Shown here one piece after another: positions 16,899 through 24,628 of a stretch of 38,904 bases of DNA (the stretch's first letter is position 1; every line of letters begins with the position of its first letter). The position numbers and the translations under genes were made by a program. The stretch is from the IMG/VR virus record IMGVR_UViG_3300005323_000029, positions 1-38,904 of that record; one strand, given 5' to 3'. The DNA is from a virus. Its lineage: Duplodnaviria > Caudoviricetes. The notes below the pieces were generated by a model. It was not told where the DNA came from and did no database searches. It saw only the letters and a program-made list of their open reading frames with translations.

Positions 16899-17583
16899 AT
16901 GTAGAAATTGCGGTGCATTCATGAAGGGTTCTGTTTGTGGATGTGGTTATGCAGCTAAAGTTGGGTCATGCGTAACGCAAGAACAGGTAAATGTTTTGTA
17001 CTGTGAAATATGCGGACAACAAGGAAGGGAGATTAAGGGGGCGCACAAAGACAAACAAGGTAAAGAAGTTCCAGGTTATCTGGATAGTGCCAAAGGTGTT
17101 AAAATATTATGTTTTGATTGTTATTATAAATACTATGCTCTAAAGGGATTTCATTATACAAATCCAGAAAAAATTGATAATGATCAAAAAGCTTATTTAA
17201 CTTCTTTGTTTTACGGACAGGAAAAACTCAAACTTTGCTGGTGTCCAATGTGTAATAGAAAAATATTCCTATCTGAAAGCTTTTGTTTTTGTGGATGGAG
17301 AATAACCAAAGAGGAAGTTATGAGCGCACCATGCCCCAAAGATACTTGGGCTAAGCACAAGCCATTTATTGATGAGTATCAGCAGTTGAAGAAAGAGGGT
17401 AAGATTAAATCAGGATATGAATATTTTAAAATAAAGGTTGGTAATACTTCTATGGGTAAAACAATAATCAAGCAGGTAGAAAATCCAATGCCGATAAATG
17501 AAGAAGAGAATAGAACAGAAGCCGAAGCGGAACGAGCAGCTATTATTGCAGAGGCTACAATGCCTGCAGAATGGAGAGAGTAG
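16885..17583 (+). CDS. multi-Zn-finger protein downstream of the initiator
   Basis: CRNC...CGCG, CEIC...CFDC, CPMC...CFCG. Confidence 0.6.
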   Translation: MKMAKCRNCGAFMKGSVCGCGYAAKVGSCVTQEQVNVLYCEICGQQGREIKGAHKDKQGKEVPGYLDSAKGVKILCFDCYYKYYALKGFHYTNPEKIDNDQKAYLTSLFYGQEKLKLCWCPMCNRKIFLSESFCFCGWRITKEEVMSAPCPKDTWAKHKPFIDEYQQLKKEGKIKSGYEYFKIKVGNTSMGKTIIKQVENPMPINEEENRTEAEAERAAIIAEATMPAEWRE

Positions 17584-18045
17584 ATGGCTAAATCTAACCC
17601 CAATGCTTTAACCCTAAAAACCTTTGCCGATACTGACAGTGGTAAGAATGTGAAGAAGGTGAATAGTGTTAAAGAAGTTTTTAGGATGGCTAAGATTAGC
17701 GAATTCCAGATTCAGAAAGACTTTTTTACGCAGATTATCCTTGACCCAAAGTTGAAGAAGTATCGAAGGTTAATCTTTGCAGTTCCGAATGGTGGAAGCA
17801 GGAATATCGTAGAAGCCTCTAGGATGAAGCAGGCTGGGGTTACTGCAGGGGTATCTGATGTCCTATGTCTTATACCGAGATCTCATTACCACGGGCTTTG
17901 TATTGAGTTTAAGAGTGGGTCTAACAGGATATCTGAGCATCAAAAGGAGTTTCGTAATGCTGTTGAGGAGCAAGGTTACAGATATGAGGTTTGTTATTCT
18001 ACAGAAGAAGCTTTGAAAATATTGGTAGCGTATCTTGGATTATAA
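17584..18045 (+). CDS. VRR-NUC domain nuclease
   Basis: FAVPNGGSR, GVTAGVSD, IEFK, SEHQKEF. Confidence 0.9.
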   Translation: MAKSNPNALTLKTFADTDSGKNVKKVNSVKEVFRMAKISEFQIQKDFFTQIILDPKLKKYRRLIFAVPNGGSRNIVEASRMKQAGVTAGVSDVLCLIPRSHYHGLCIEFKSGSNRISEHQKEFRNAVEEQGYRYEVCYSTEEALKILVAYLGL

Positions 18046-18109
18046 ATTATTGAATAAATTAATAATTTATGTTGAAAGTGTTAAATGTTGATTTTAGGTT
18101 TGTTAAATC

Positions 18110-18313
18110 TTATTCTTTAGGTTGCCAAATAATGCAGCCAAAAGTTTCTGCGTCATCTTCTGGAATGGGAATAGGAGGTATTTTTAGCCATTCAAGATAG
18201 TCTTGTTGTGCAATTTTTTGTACAATTTTTAATTGTTTTTCTTTTAATGGCTCACAATATTCTATAAATTCACGACCACTGAGACTAAATAAATAATTTA
18301 AAATTTTATTCAT
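18110..18313 (-). CDS. hypothetical protein
   Basis: GAGG RBS; last gene of the leftward operon. Confidence 0.55.
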   Translation of the reverse strand: MNKILNYLFSLSGREFIEYCEPLKEKQLKIVQKIAQQDYLEWLKIPPIPIPEDDAETFGCIIWQPKE

Positions 18314-18482
18314 TTATCGTTTCCTCTTTTAATTCTTCTTTGATTGAGTTGATTCTTTGAAGTATTTGAATCTCTGTAAGTTCTTTTATTTTCTTAAATT
18401 CTTTATTTTCCTGTTTAGTTTCAGATAATTTGAAGTCTAATTCGTTATTACATTTTTCACATTTCATTTTTTCGCATTTCAT
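18306..18482 (-). CDS. 58-aa protein, partial paralogue of 18914..19300 (not in ORF track)
   Basis: DFKLSETKQENKEFKKIKELTEIQI versus DFKLPETEQENEGLKKIKELTELRI. Confidence 0.55.
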   Translation of the reverse strand: MKCEKMKCEKCNNELDFKLSETKQENKEFKKIKELTEIQILQRINSIKEELKEETINE

Positions 18483-18620
18483 TTAAACTTCCGCATTAAG
18501 CTCTCGTAAAAATAATTTTATACCTTATGTGGTGGTTAGAGTAGCCAAAATAATTTTGTTTCATTTTCCTAGGGCGGACTTCCCGTGGGGAAAAGATAGA
18601 AATTGATTTTATCCGTGTCT

Positions 18621-18917
18621 CTAAATTGCTGAATCAATTTTTTTCTTAAAACCAGTTTTTGCTATTACTTCTTTTTGTTTTTCGGTCATTACTCTTTTTG
18701 GTCGATTTTTAAAAGCTTTACCATAAACAAAAAACGGATATAGAGGGCAATCGGTCATTCTACAGTCGATCTTGCCATCAAAAAAGCCGGATTGACAGCA
18801 GAAACATTCGGCATGGATAGCTTGCAGAGCTGAAAGTGTACCGCCTTCTGAATATTTTTTGTATTCTTTGTAGCCTTTGGCTGATCTTGTACCATCTTTT
18901 AGTAAATTGTTAGTCAT
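18621..18917 (-). CDS. small Cys-motif phage protein
   Basis: LQAIHAECFCC...DCRMTDCPLYPF. Confidence 0.6.
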   Translation of the reverse strand: MTNNLLKDGTRSAKGYKEYKKYSEGGTLSALQAIHAECFCCQSGFFDGKIDCRMTDCPLYPFFVYGKAFKNRPKRVMTEKQKEVIAKTGFKKKIDSAI

Positions 18918-19300
18918 TTTGTTTTCTCTCTATTTTTTACTTTCCATTGTTCTTCTACATGATTTCCATTTTTTACTTCCTCATTTTCTAATTTATCTTT
19001 TATGTCATTGATAATTTCAAAGATTCTAAGTTCGGTAAGTTCTTTTATTTTCTTTAATCCTTCGTTTTCCTGTTCAGTTTCAGGAAGCTTGAAGTCAAAA
19101 ATCATATTTACGTAAGTATACATGCCTTCAGACTTAGGGATTGGCTCTCTACCATCAATATAGCCTACAAAGAAATTGGTTATATATTTGAAGATGTCTG
19201 TATCATCGTTAATGATGTAATCTTCGATAGCTTTACGTACTTTACGCGTAAAGGATCTATTTTTGGTGTAAGGAAGGTCTATGTATACTTTAATCAGCAT
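18914..19300 (-). CDS. hypothetical protein
   Basis: GAGG RBS; ATGA coupling. Confidence 0.6.
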   Translation of the reverse strand: MLIKVYIDLPYTKNRSFTRKVRKAIEDYIINDDTDIFKYITNFFVGYIDGREPIPKSEGMYTYVNMIFDFKLPETEQENEGLKKIKELTELRIFEIINDIKDKLENEEVKNGNHVEEQWKVKNREKTK

Positions 19301-19532
19301 TTGTTTACCTCGATTTGTTGATGTTTTAATAGTTGTATAATTGAATTTAATTCATTGCATTGAATAGTTAATAATATAGCAAATAGTGCCATAATTATTT
19401 TCACTTCAAATTTAGTCATTGTTTATTTATCCAATTTTTCGTTAATAGATTCTAGTAACTCTACGATTTTCATTATGTCCCAAATTACTAACAAAAATCC
19501 TAAAGATACGATAAAAAGTATGAAGCTTATCA

Positions 19533-19742
19533 TTATTCTCCCCTCTCTTCTTTTTCTATTGCTCTTTCTTCTGCTTGATCAATTGCGATGTCATATTCTA
19601 GCTTCCAAAGCAATGCGTCATCAGTGCCATTGGGTTCTGATATAGGAACATATCTATCCCTATCTCTAGGTGGAGTATATCCGCATGATTTTCCTTGTGC
19701 TAAAGACAGGCGTTTAGCTAGTTTTAGTATGTCTAAGTTCAT
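19533..19742 (-). CDS. hypothetical protein
   Basis: GAGG RBS. Confidence 0.55.
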   Translation of the reverse strand: MNLDILKLAKRLSLAQGKSCGYTPPRDRDRYVPISEPNGTDDALLWKLEYDIAIDQAEERAIEKEERGE

Positions 19743-19975
19743 TGTTAACCTCTCAAGTTTCGTAAATCTTTGTGATTAGGACTGATTTTAGTTATTCTTA
19801 CAGCCATTTTATTTTTCTTATGCTTCTTAATTAAAGCCTTGATCCCTACTTCTAAGAAAGCTAAGAGTGAGAAAACCATAGTTCCTAAAAACAAACTCCA
19901 AGCAATTTGTGCCATCAACATAAGTTAACTCCTATTAGTTTTAGTAAAAAGACTGAGTACGATTGCAGCATTATT

Positions 19976-20215
19976 TCATTCAGTATCAGCATTACTACTA
20001 TTGGTAGTATAAATAATTTCATTGGGGTCTCTCCTTGTTCCTTGGTTTATCCGGTTTTGAATCTCCTCGCGATTGATTTCTATGTGTCGCGGGGCTTCAA
20101 TCCCAAACTTTACTTGAGATAGCTTGCCTTTGAAAGAAGTTATGTTTAAGACAGTGACTTTAATTTCGTTATTTATGACGATTGTTTCGCCAATATTGCG
20201 CGTAAGGATTAAAAT
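19976..20215 (-). CDS. csrA: CsrA/RsmA-family translational regulator with ATT start (not in ORF track)
   Basis: (M)LILTRNIGETIVINNEIKVTVL...QVKFGIEAPRHIEINREEIQNRI; AGGAG 7 nt upstream; no upstream in-frame ATG. Confidence 0.85.
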   Translation of the reverse strand: MLILTRNIGETIVINNEIKVTVLNITSFKGKLSQVKFGIEAPRHIEINREEIQNRINQGTRRDPNEIIYTTNSSNADTE

Positions 20216-20349
20216 GGTAGTTCTCCTATTAAGTTATTATTTAACCCATGCATAATTTCTTTTGATATTTATGCTAGAAATTATTGATGCGTATACTTTA
20301 TATTTTTTTGCTAACTTTGCTTGTATTGTTCCCTTGGCAAGTTCTTTCC

Positions 20350-20715
20350 TTAATTATAATTGATTATATCTTGATAGATAATCCAAAAAGTTGGGTCAAG
20401 TACTATGTTTTGACCCGTACAAGTCCTACCCCACCAGCAACCATAAGCTGTATCAAGAATTGGCTCGCCAAGTTTCAAAAGTTCTTTTCTTATGAAATTG
20501 TCTGTGAGCAGATACCATTCGTAAATTTCTTGGGGTTCAGATCCGGTTTTATCATCACAATCATTGTAAAGATTAAGTATCTCATCATATGAAAGTATCT
20601 CTTTTTTCAAAAGCATGTCGACTAAAGAAGTTTGACAAGCTGCGATATAACGCTTGATCTGATTATCGATAAATGTTTTTTGAGTAGGGTTTGAATTTGA
20701 ATATGTAATTGTCAT
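20350..20715 (-). CDS. hypothetical phage protein
   Basis: AGGAG RBS; IYEWY...WWGRTCTGQ...LD motif. Confidence 0.65.
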   Translation of the reverse strand: MTITYSNSNPTQKTFIDNQIKRYIAACQTSLVDMLLKKEILSYDEILNLYNDCDDKTGSEPQEIYEWYLLTDNFIRKELLKLGEPILDTAYGCWWGRTCTGQNIVLDPTFWIIYQDIINYN

Positions 20716-20740
20716 GTTTAACTCCTGTTTCTTGTTAAAA

Positions 20741-20935
20741 TTAATATGGTCTAATTTTTTCTATTATATCTTTGACGTTCTTTATAACTTGAAGAATATT
20801 CGCCAAACCCTGTAACTTTCTTGTCGCTTCTTCAACTCTTCGATCGATCTCAACTTTGACTTGTTGATGTAAGGTCATTAATTGTTGATCGTCCATTTCT
20901 TCTAATTTTGGAGAAATATTTATATTTCCTGTCAT
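20741..20935 (-). CDS. hypothetical protein
   Basis: GAGG RBS; first gene after the promoter. Confidence 0.55.
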   Translation of the reverse strand: MTGNINISPKLEEMDDQQLMTLHQQVKVEIDRRVEEATRKLQGLANILQVIKNVKDIIEKIRPY

Positions 20936-21012
20936 TTTCTTACCTCTTTTTTTGTTTAAAAACCCCTATTTTTATAGGGTTTCTCTTATCTGCTTCTGTA
21001 AGCATTAGAGAT

Positions 21013-21042
21013 AGTATAACTTATAAAATATAAGTAAGTCAA
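21013..21042 (-). promoter_or_regulatory. sigma70 promoter with palindromic operator in the spacer
   Basis: TTGACT, 18 nt, TATACT; spacer holds ACTTATA-AAA-TATAAGT. Confidence 0.65.
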
Positions 21043-21408
21043 GTGTAAATACAAATAATTTTGTTTATGCTAAATGACGTAAGTGTAAATAAAAGCTTAA
21101 GGAATAGATGGTCAATATTTGTACAGGTCAATAGGAATGGATGAAAATATAGTTTTGACATATGATTCGTATTGCTTGACAATTGGGGTTCTTTCTTTCT
21201 TTTTCTTTTCCCCTTTTCTTTTTCTTTCTTTCTTAAGCATCAAATCTTTTCTCTTTGCTTTGCTTATAGCTTTTGCTTCTAAGTTTCTATGCTTTTACAT
21301 AATGGGCTCAATAGGTAATTTTTTTACTGTTCAAAAAATGTACAGCATTTTGTGGATAACTTTAGGTCAAAAATTGACCAAAAATATTTTTTGCGCTATT
21401 TTAAAAAC

Positions 21409-21669
21409 ATGAAAAGAAAGAAAAAAACATATTTTCGCGGAAAAACTTGTGGTAAAATAAGTTCTAGTCGAGTTTTTGTAGATACAATTGCTCGAGATTT
21501 TGCAAGAGAAGAGAAAAGAAATCTTGAAAGATTGGATTCTAGCAAAATAAGAACGTGGGAAGAGCAGCTAAAATTCGATATTACTTTCGACCCAAAAAGA
21601 AATGACTGGAAAAATATCGATCAGTGGTGGAAGTATGAAAAAGAGAAAAATTACAGAGGCAAAGTATGA
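21409..21669 (+). CDS. basic hypothetical protein
   Basis: ATG 21409 (track uses GTG 21352); ATGA-coupled to the next gene. Confidence 0.5.
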   Translation: MKRKKKTYFRGKTCGKISSSRVFVDTIARDFAREEKRNLERLDSSKIRTWEEQLKFDITFDPKRNDWKNIDQWWKYEKEKNYRGKV

Positions 21670-21917
21670 AAAGATGTGACAGTTGTGACGGAAGAGGAGT
21701 AGTAAGAGGAATTGGGCATATTAGCCATAAATGCAAAGTATGTGCTGGAACAGGAAAGATTATCGACGATGAAGAAGTCGAAGAGGTAGTAGCAGAAGAT
21801 ACTTTGGCTACAGATACTGCTTCTATAAAAGCACGAGTATCTGTATCTCGTAGCGAAAAGATGAAGGAAGCGTGGGCTAAACGTAAGGCAAGAGAGTCAA
21901 GTAATGCAGAAAATTAA
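21666..21917 (+). CDS. DnaJ-like Zn-finger protein
   Basis: CDSCDGRG...CKVCAGTG. Confidence 0.65.
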   Translation: MKRCDSCDGRGVVRGIGHISHKCKVCAGTGKIIDDEEVEEVVAEDTLATDTASIKARVSVSRSEKMKEAWAKRKARESSNAEN

Positions 21918-22176
21918 CGGCATCAATTACATAGAATGTCTCGATCTCAAGGAAGGCCTCGAGGCGAGTCAAGTAATAAAAGCACTAGAGATGGCGATAA
22001 AAGATGCTCCGATATATGTGCAGTATCTGCTAGCACTCGAGATGATGGTTAAAGGGAAGTTTTATAAGGCAGAGTCTGGAGCTGATGTGGTGATATCAAA
22101 GCTTAGAGACAAGCTTTTTTCTGAAATAGAGAAGATTCAAGACAAAGATGATCAAACGCCTACACAAGCTGAGTGA
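21904..22176 (+). CDS. hypothetical protein
   Basis: Overlapping operon ORF. Confidence 0.55.
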   Translation: MQKINGINYIECLDLKEGLEASQVIKALEMAIKDAPIYVQYLLALEMMVKGKFYKAESGADVVISKLRDKLFSEIEKIQDKDDQTPTQAE

Positions 22177-22591
22177 TGAAGAAAAGTATATCTGTCAAAA
22201 GTATGTCGACAATGACCGAGACGAAGTACTTACTGCAAAAGAAGTTAACAAAGCTCTTGCAACTTTCAAGCAGATTATCGCAAAACCTAAATGTCAAACT
22301 TGGATAAGCTATCGATCATTAGAACGTGAGAAAAAGTCCAAGCTTGATTACAACTACAAGATCTACAAGCTCAAGCGAGTTATTGATGATTTTATACCTG
22401 ATGCACCAGATCAGGTTTTAGAGTGTAAGCAAGTAGCGGTAGCACTTAGTGCGATAAGTGAGAGTAACAAAATGCAGGGTCACTACAGTGCAGAAAAGAT
22501 TCTTACAGCCAATGTAAATATGGATGCTGACCTTGCTAAAGCACGTGATGTAATGCTCGCTATTATCGCAGAGGAGAAGAGAGAATATTAA
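22148..22591 (+). CDS. terS: putative terminase small subunit
   Basis: LSDEEKYICQKYV HTH-like start; ALSAISESNKMQGHY; position before TerL. Confidence 0.7.
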   Translation: MIKRLHKLSDEEKYICQKYVDNDRDEVLTAKEVNKALATFKQIIAKPKCQTWISYRSLEREKKSKLDYNYKIYKLKRVIDDFIPDAPDQVLECKQVAVALSAISESNKMQGHYSAEKILTANVNMDADLAKARDVMLAIIAEEKREY

Positions 22592-22615
22592 CCAATAAAA
22601 AAGAGGATTCAAACC

Positions 22616-23074
22616 ATGAACAAACCAAAGCTTAATATCGATGAAGAATTGCAAGAAGCAGCAGCAGAAATTGATAGCATCAAAAGCGATGATAACCTTG
22701 TAATTTACTTATCCCATCAAGGACTAACAGAACAACAAGCCATAGCAATTACTAGCGTACTAAATAATAACTTGACAAGGACTGCTAAATATCTTGAAGA
22801 TTGGGTACATAATGCGATTAGGGTCTCTGTTTGTGAGCTAGTTGATGATATATACAAAATATCTCAAGACATAAAAAACACTGTAAAAGAAGTTTACAAA
22901 TCAATACCGGATAAAGAAATAGAAAGGATAATTGATCTTACAGATAAAGCTAAAGCCAAAATGAAGGAACTTGAAATTCAAGCAGATAGTATAAAAGAAT
23001 CGATTAAAACGAAGTTAGAATTGATTTATGGAATTGCAGAAAAACCTAACTTCAATAAATTAAAAAAAGGTTGA
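22616..23074 (+). CDS. helical hypothetical protein between terS and terL
   Basis: GAGG RBS; L...GLTEQQA.AI motif plus coiled coil. Confidence 0.6.
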   Translation: MNKPKLNIDEELQEAAAEIDSIKSDDNLVIYLSHQGLTEQQAIAITSVLNNNLTRTAKYLEDWVHNAIRVSVCELVDDIYKISQDIKNTVKEVYKSIPDKEIERIIDLTDKAKAKMKELEIQADSIKESIKTKLELIYGIAEKPNFNKLKKG

Positions 23075-23078
23075 TAAT

Positions 23079-24626
23079 GTGGCGGAAATTCTCGAAGACA
23101 TGTATAGACTTAAAGGAAAATGCCTAGGGTCTCTGTTATTCTTTACTAAGACGTTCTTTAAGCTTCGAACTGGTAGGGATTTTCGGGTATCTAATCCGAT
23201 GGGTCGAGAATCTCATCATGTGCAGATTTCTAGGGAATTAACTAAAGTATTTGATGGGAAGATTTCTAATTTAAATATTAATATCTTTCCGCGCAGTGGA
23301 AAAACAGAACTGATTATTCATTTTATTGCTTGGGCAATAGCAAATTATCCGGACTCTAATTTCATTTATGCATCATACTCCCATTTTCTTGCAACTAAAG
23401 CTACGCAAACTATCCGTGAAATTATTTCGATGCCTTATTATCGCAAGCTTTTTGGTATTAGCATTAGCGATACTAGTAGTGCAAAAGATAATTTTGTTAC
23501 CACTGCAGGCGGAACTGTATTTGCTGCTGGTACTGGAGGTACTATTACTGGTTTCGGTGCTGGTATTAGGGGCATTACTGATCGTTTTGGTGGTACTTTC
23601 ATAATTGATGATAGTTTAAAGCCAGACGAAGCAACGTCAGATACGATAAGGCAGGGAGTTACAGATTGGTGGTTTAATACTGCGCAGAGTAGGCTTAACA
23701 ATGGTAACAAGACTCCGGTAATACACATAGGACAGAGGGTACACGAGCAAGATTTGCCGGCATTGTTTATAGGCATGGATAATTGGAGTCATTTAATTCT
23801 AGAGTCGCTTGATAGTGCGGGTAATGCGCTTGATCCAGATATGTATACGAGAGAGGAGCTACTTAAGATGCAGGAGCAAGAACCTTATGTATATGCAGCG
23901 CAGCATCAGCAGAACCCACAACCTAGTGGTGGTGGTATATTCAAGGAGGAATGGTTCCCATTGCTTGATGAAGAACCGAACATTTTAACGACATTCATTA
24001 CTGCAGATACTGCAGAGAGTATTAAAAGTTATGCTGATTATACGGTATTTTGCTTTTGGGGACTGTATAGGATTATTCAATTAGGTATGGAAACAGATAT
24101 GTATGGATTGCATTTAATTGATTGTAGACAAGATCGGATAGAACCGAAGGATTTACAACCTGATTTTATGGCATTTTATTTAGATTGCATGAGATATAAG
24201 ATTAAGCCTAAGATTGCAGCTATAGAGAAAAAGAGTACAGGCAGTACACTGGTATCGGTCTTAAAAGATATCCAGGGATTGCAGATAATACCAATTGAGC
24301 GTAACGCAGCATCAGGAAGTAAAGTTACAAGGTTTTTGGTAGCTCAACCATACATAGCGACAAAGAGAGTAAGTTTGCCAAGGAATGCAAACTTTACCAA
24401 AATGGTACTTGAGCATATGCGTAAGATTACGGCTAATATGAGTCATAGGCATGATGATATTGCAGACAATTTTGCAGATTCAATACAGTTAGCTTTGGTT
24501 GATAAAGTAATAGGTTTCAACTTTTATCACAAAGAGGATATGATTAAGAGAGAGGCACTAATAAAAACAATTGCGATGACGCAGCAGAAGACGCTACGAG
24601 ATCGACATAAATCGTTGTGGGGTTAA
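23079..24626 (+). CDS. terL: terminase large subunit
   Basis: PRSGKT Walker A; TGFGAG; IIDD; QRVHEQDL; QQNPQPSGG; DTA...ADYT; HDDIAD. Confidence 0.95.
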   Translation: MAEILEDMYRLKGKCLGSLLFFTKTFFKLRTGRDFRVSNPMGRESHHVQISRELTKVFDGKISNLNINIFPRSGKTELIIHFIAWAIANYPDSNFIYASYSHFLATKATQTIREIISMPYYRKLFGISISDTSSAKDNFVTTAGGTVFAAGTGGTITGFGAGIRGITDRFGGTFIIDDSLKPDEATSDTIRQGVTDWWFNTAQSRLNNGNKTPVIHIGQRVHEQDLPALFIGMDNWSHLILESLDSAGNALDPDMYTREELLKMQEQEPYVYAAQHQQNPQPSGGGIFKEEWFPLLDEEPNILTTFITADTAESIKSYADYTVFCFWGLYRIIQLGMETDMYGLHLIDCRQDRIEPKDLQPDFMAFYLDCMRYKIKPKIAAIEKKSTGSTLVSVLKDIQGLQIIPIERNAASGSKVTRFLVAQPYIATKRVSLPRNANFTKMVLEHMRKITANMSHRHDDIADNFADSIQLALVDKVIGFNFYHKEDMIKREALIKTIAMTQQKTLRDRHKSLWG

Positions 24627-24628
24627 TT

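Noticed and set aside
21351-21359. DnaA box TGTGGATAA
   Set aside because: A single 9-mer is plausible by chance in 39 kb, I saw no cluster, and it is far from the iterons.
21119-21412. 97-aa Phe-rich ORF
   Set aside because: TTG start with no clear RBS; it arises from a pyrimidine-rich intergenic tract.
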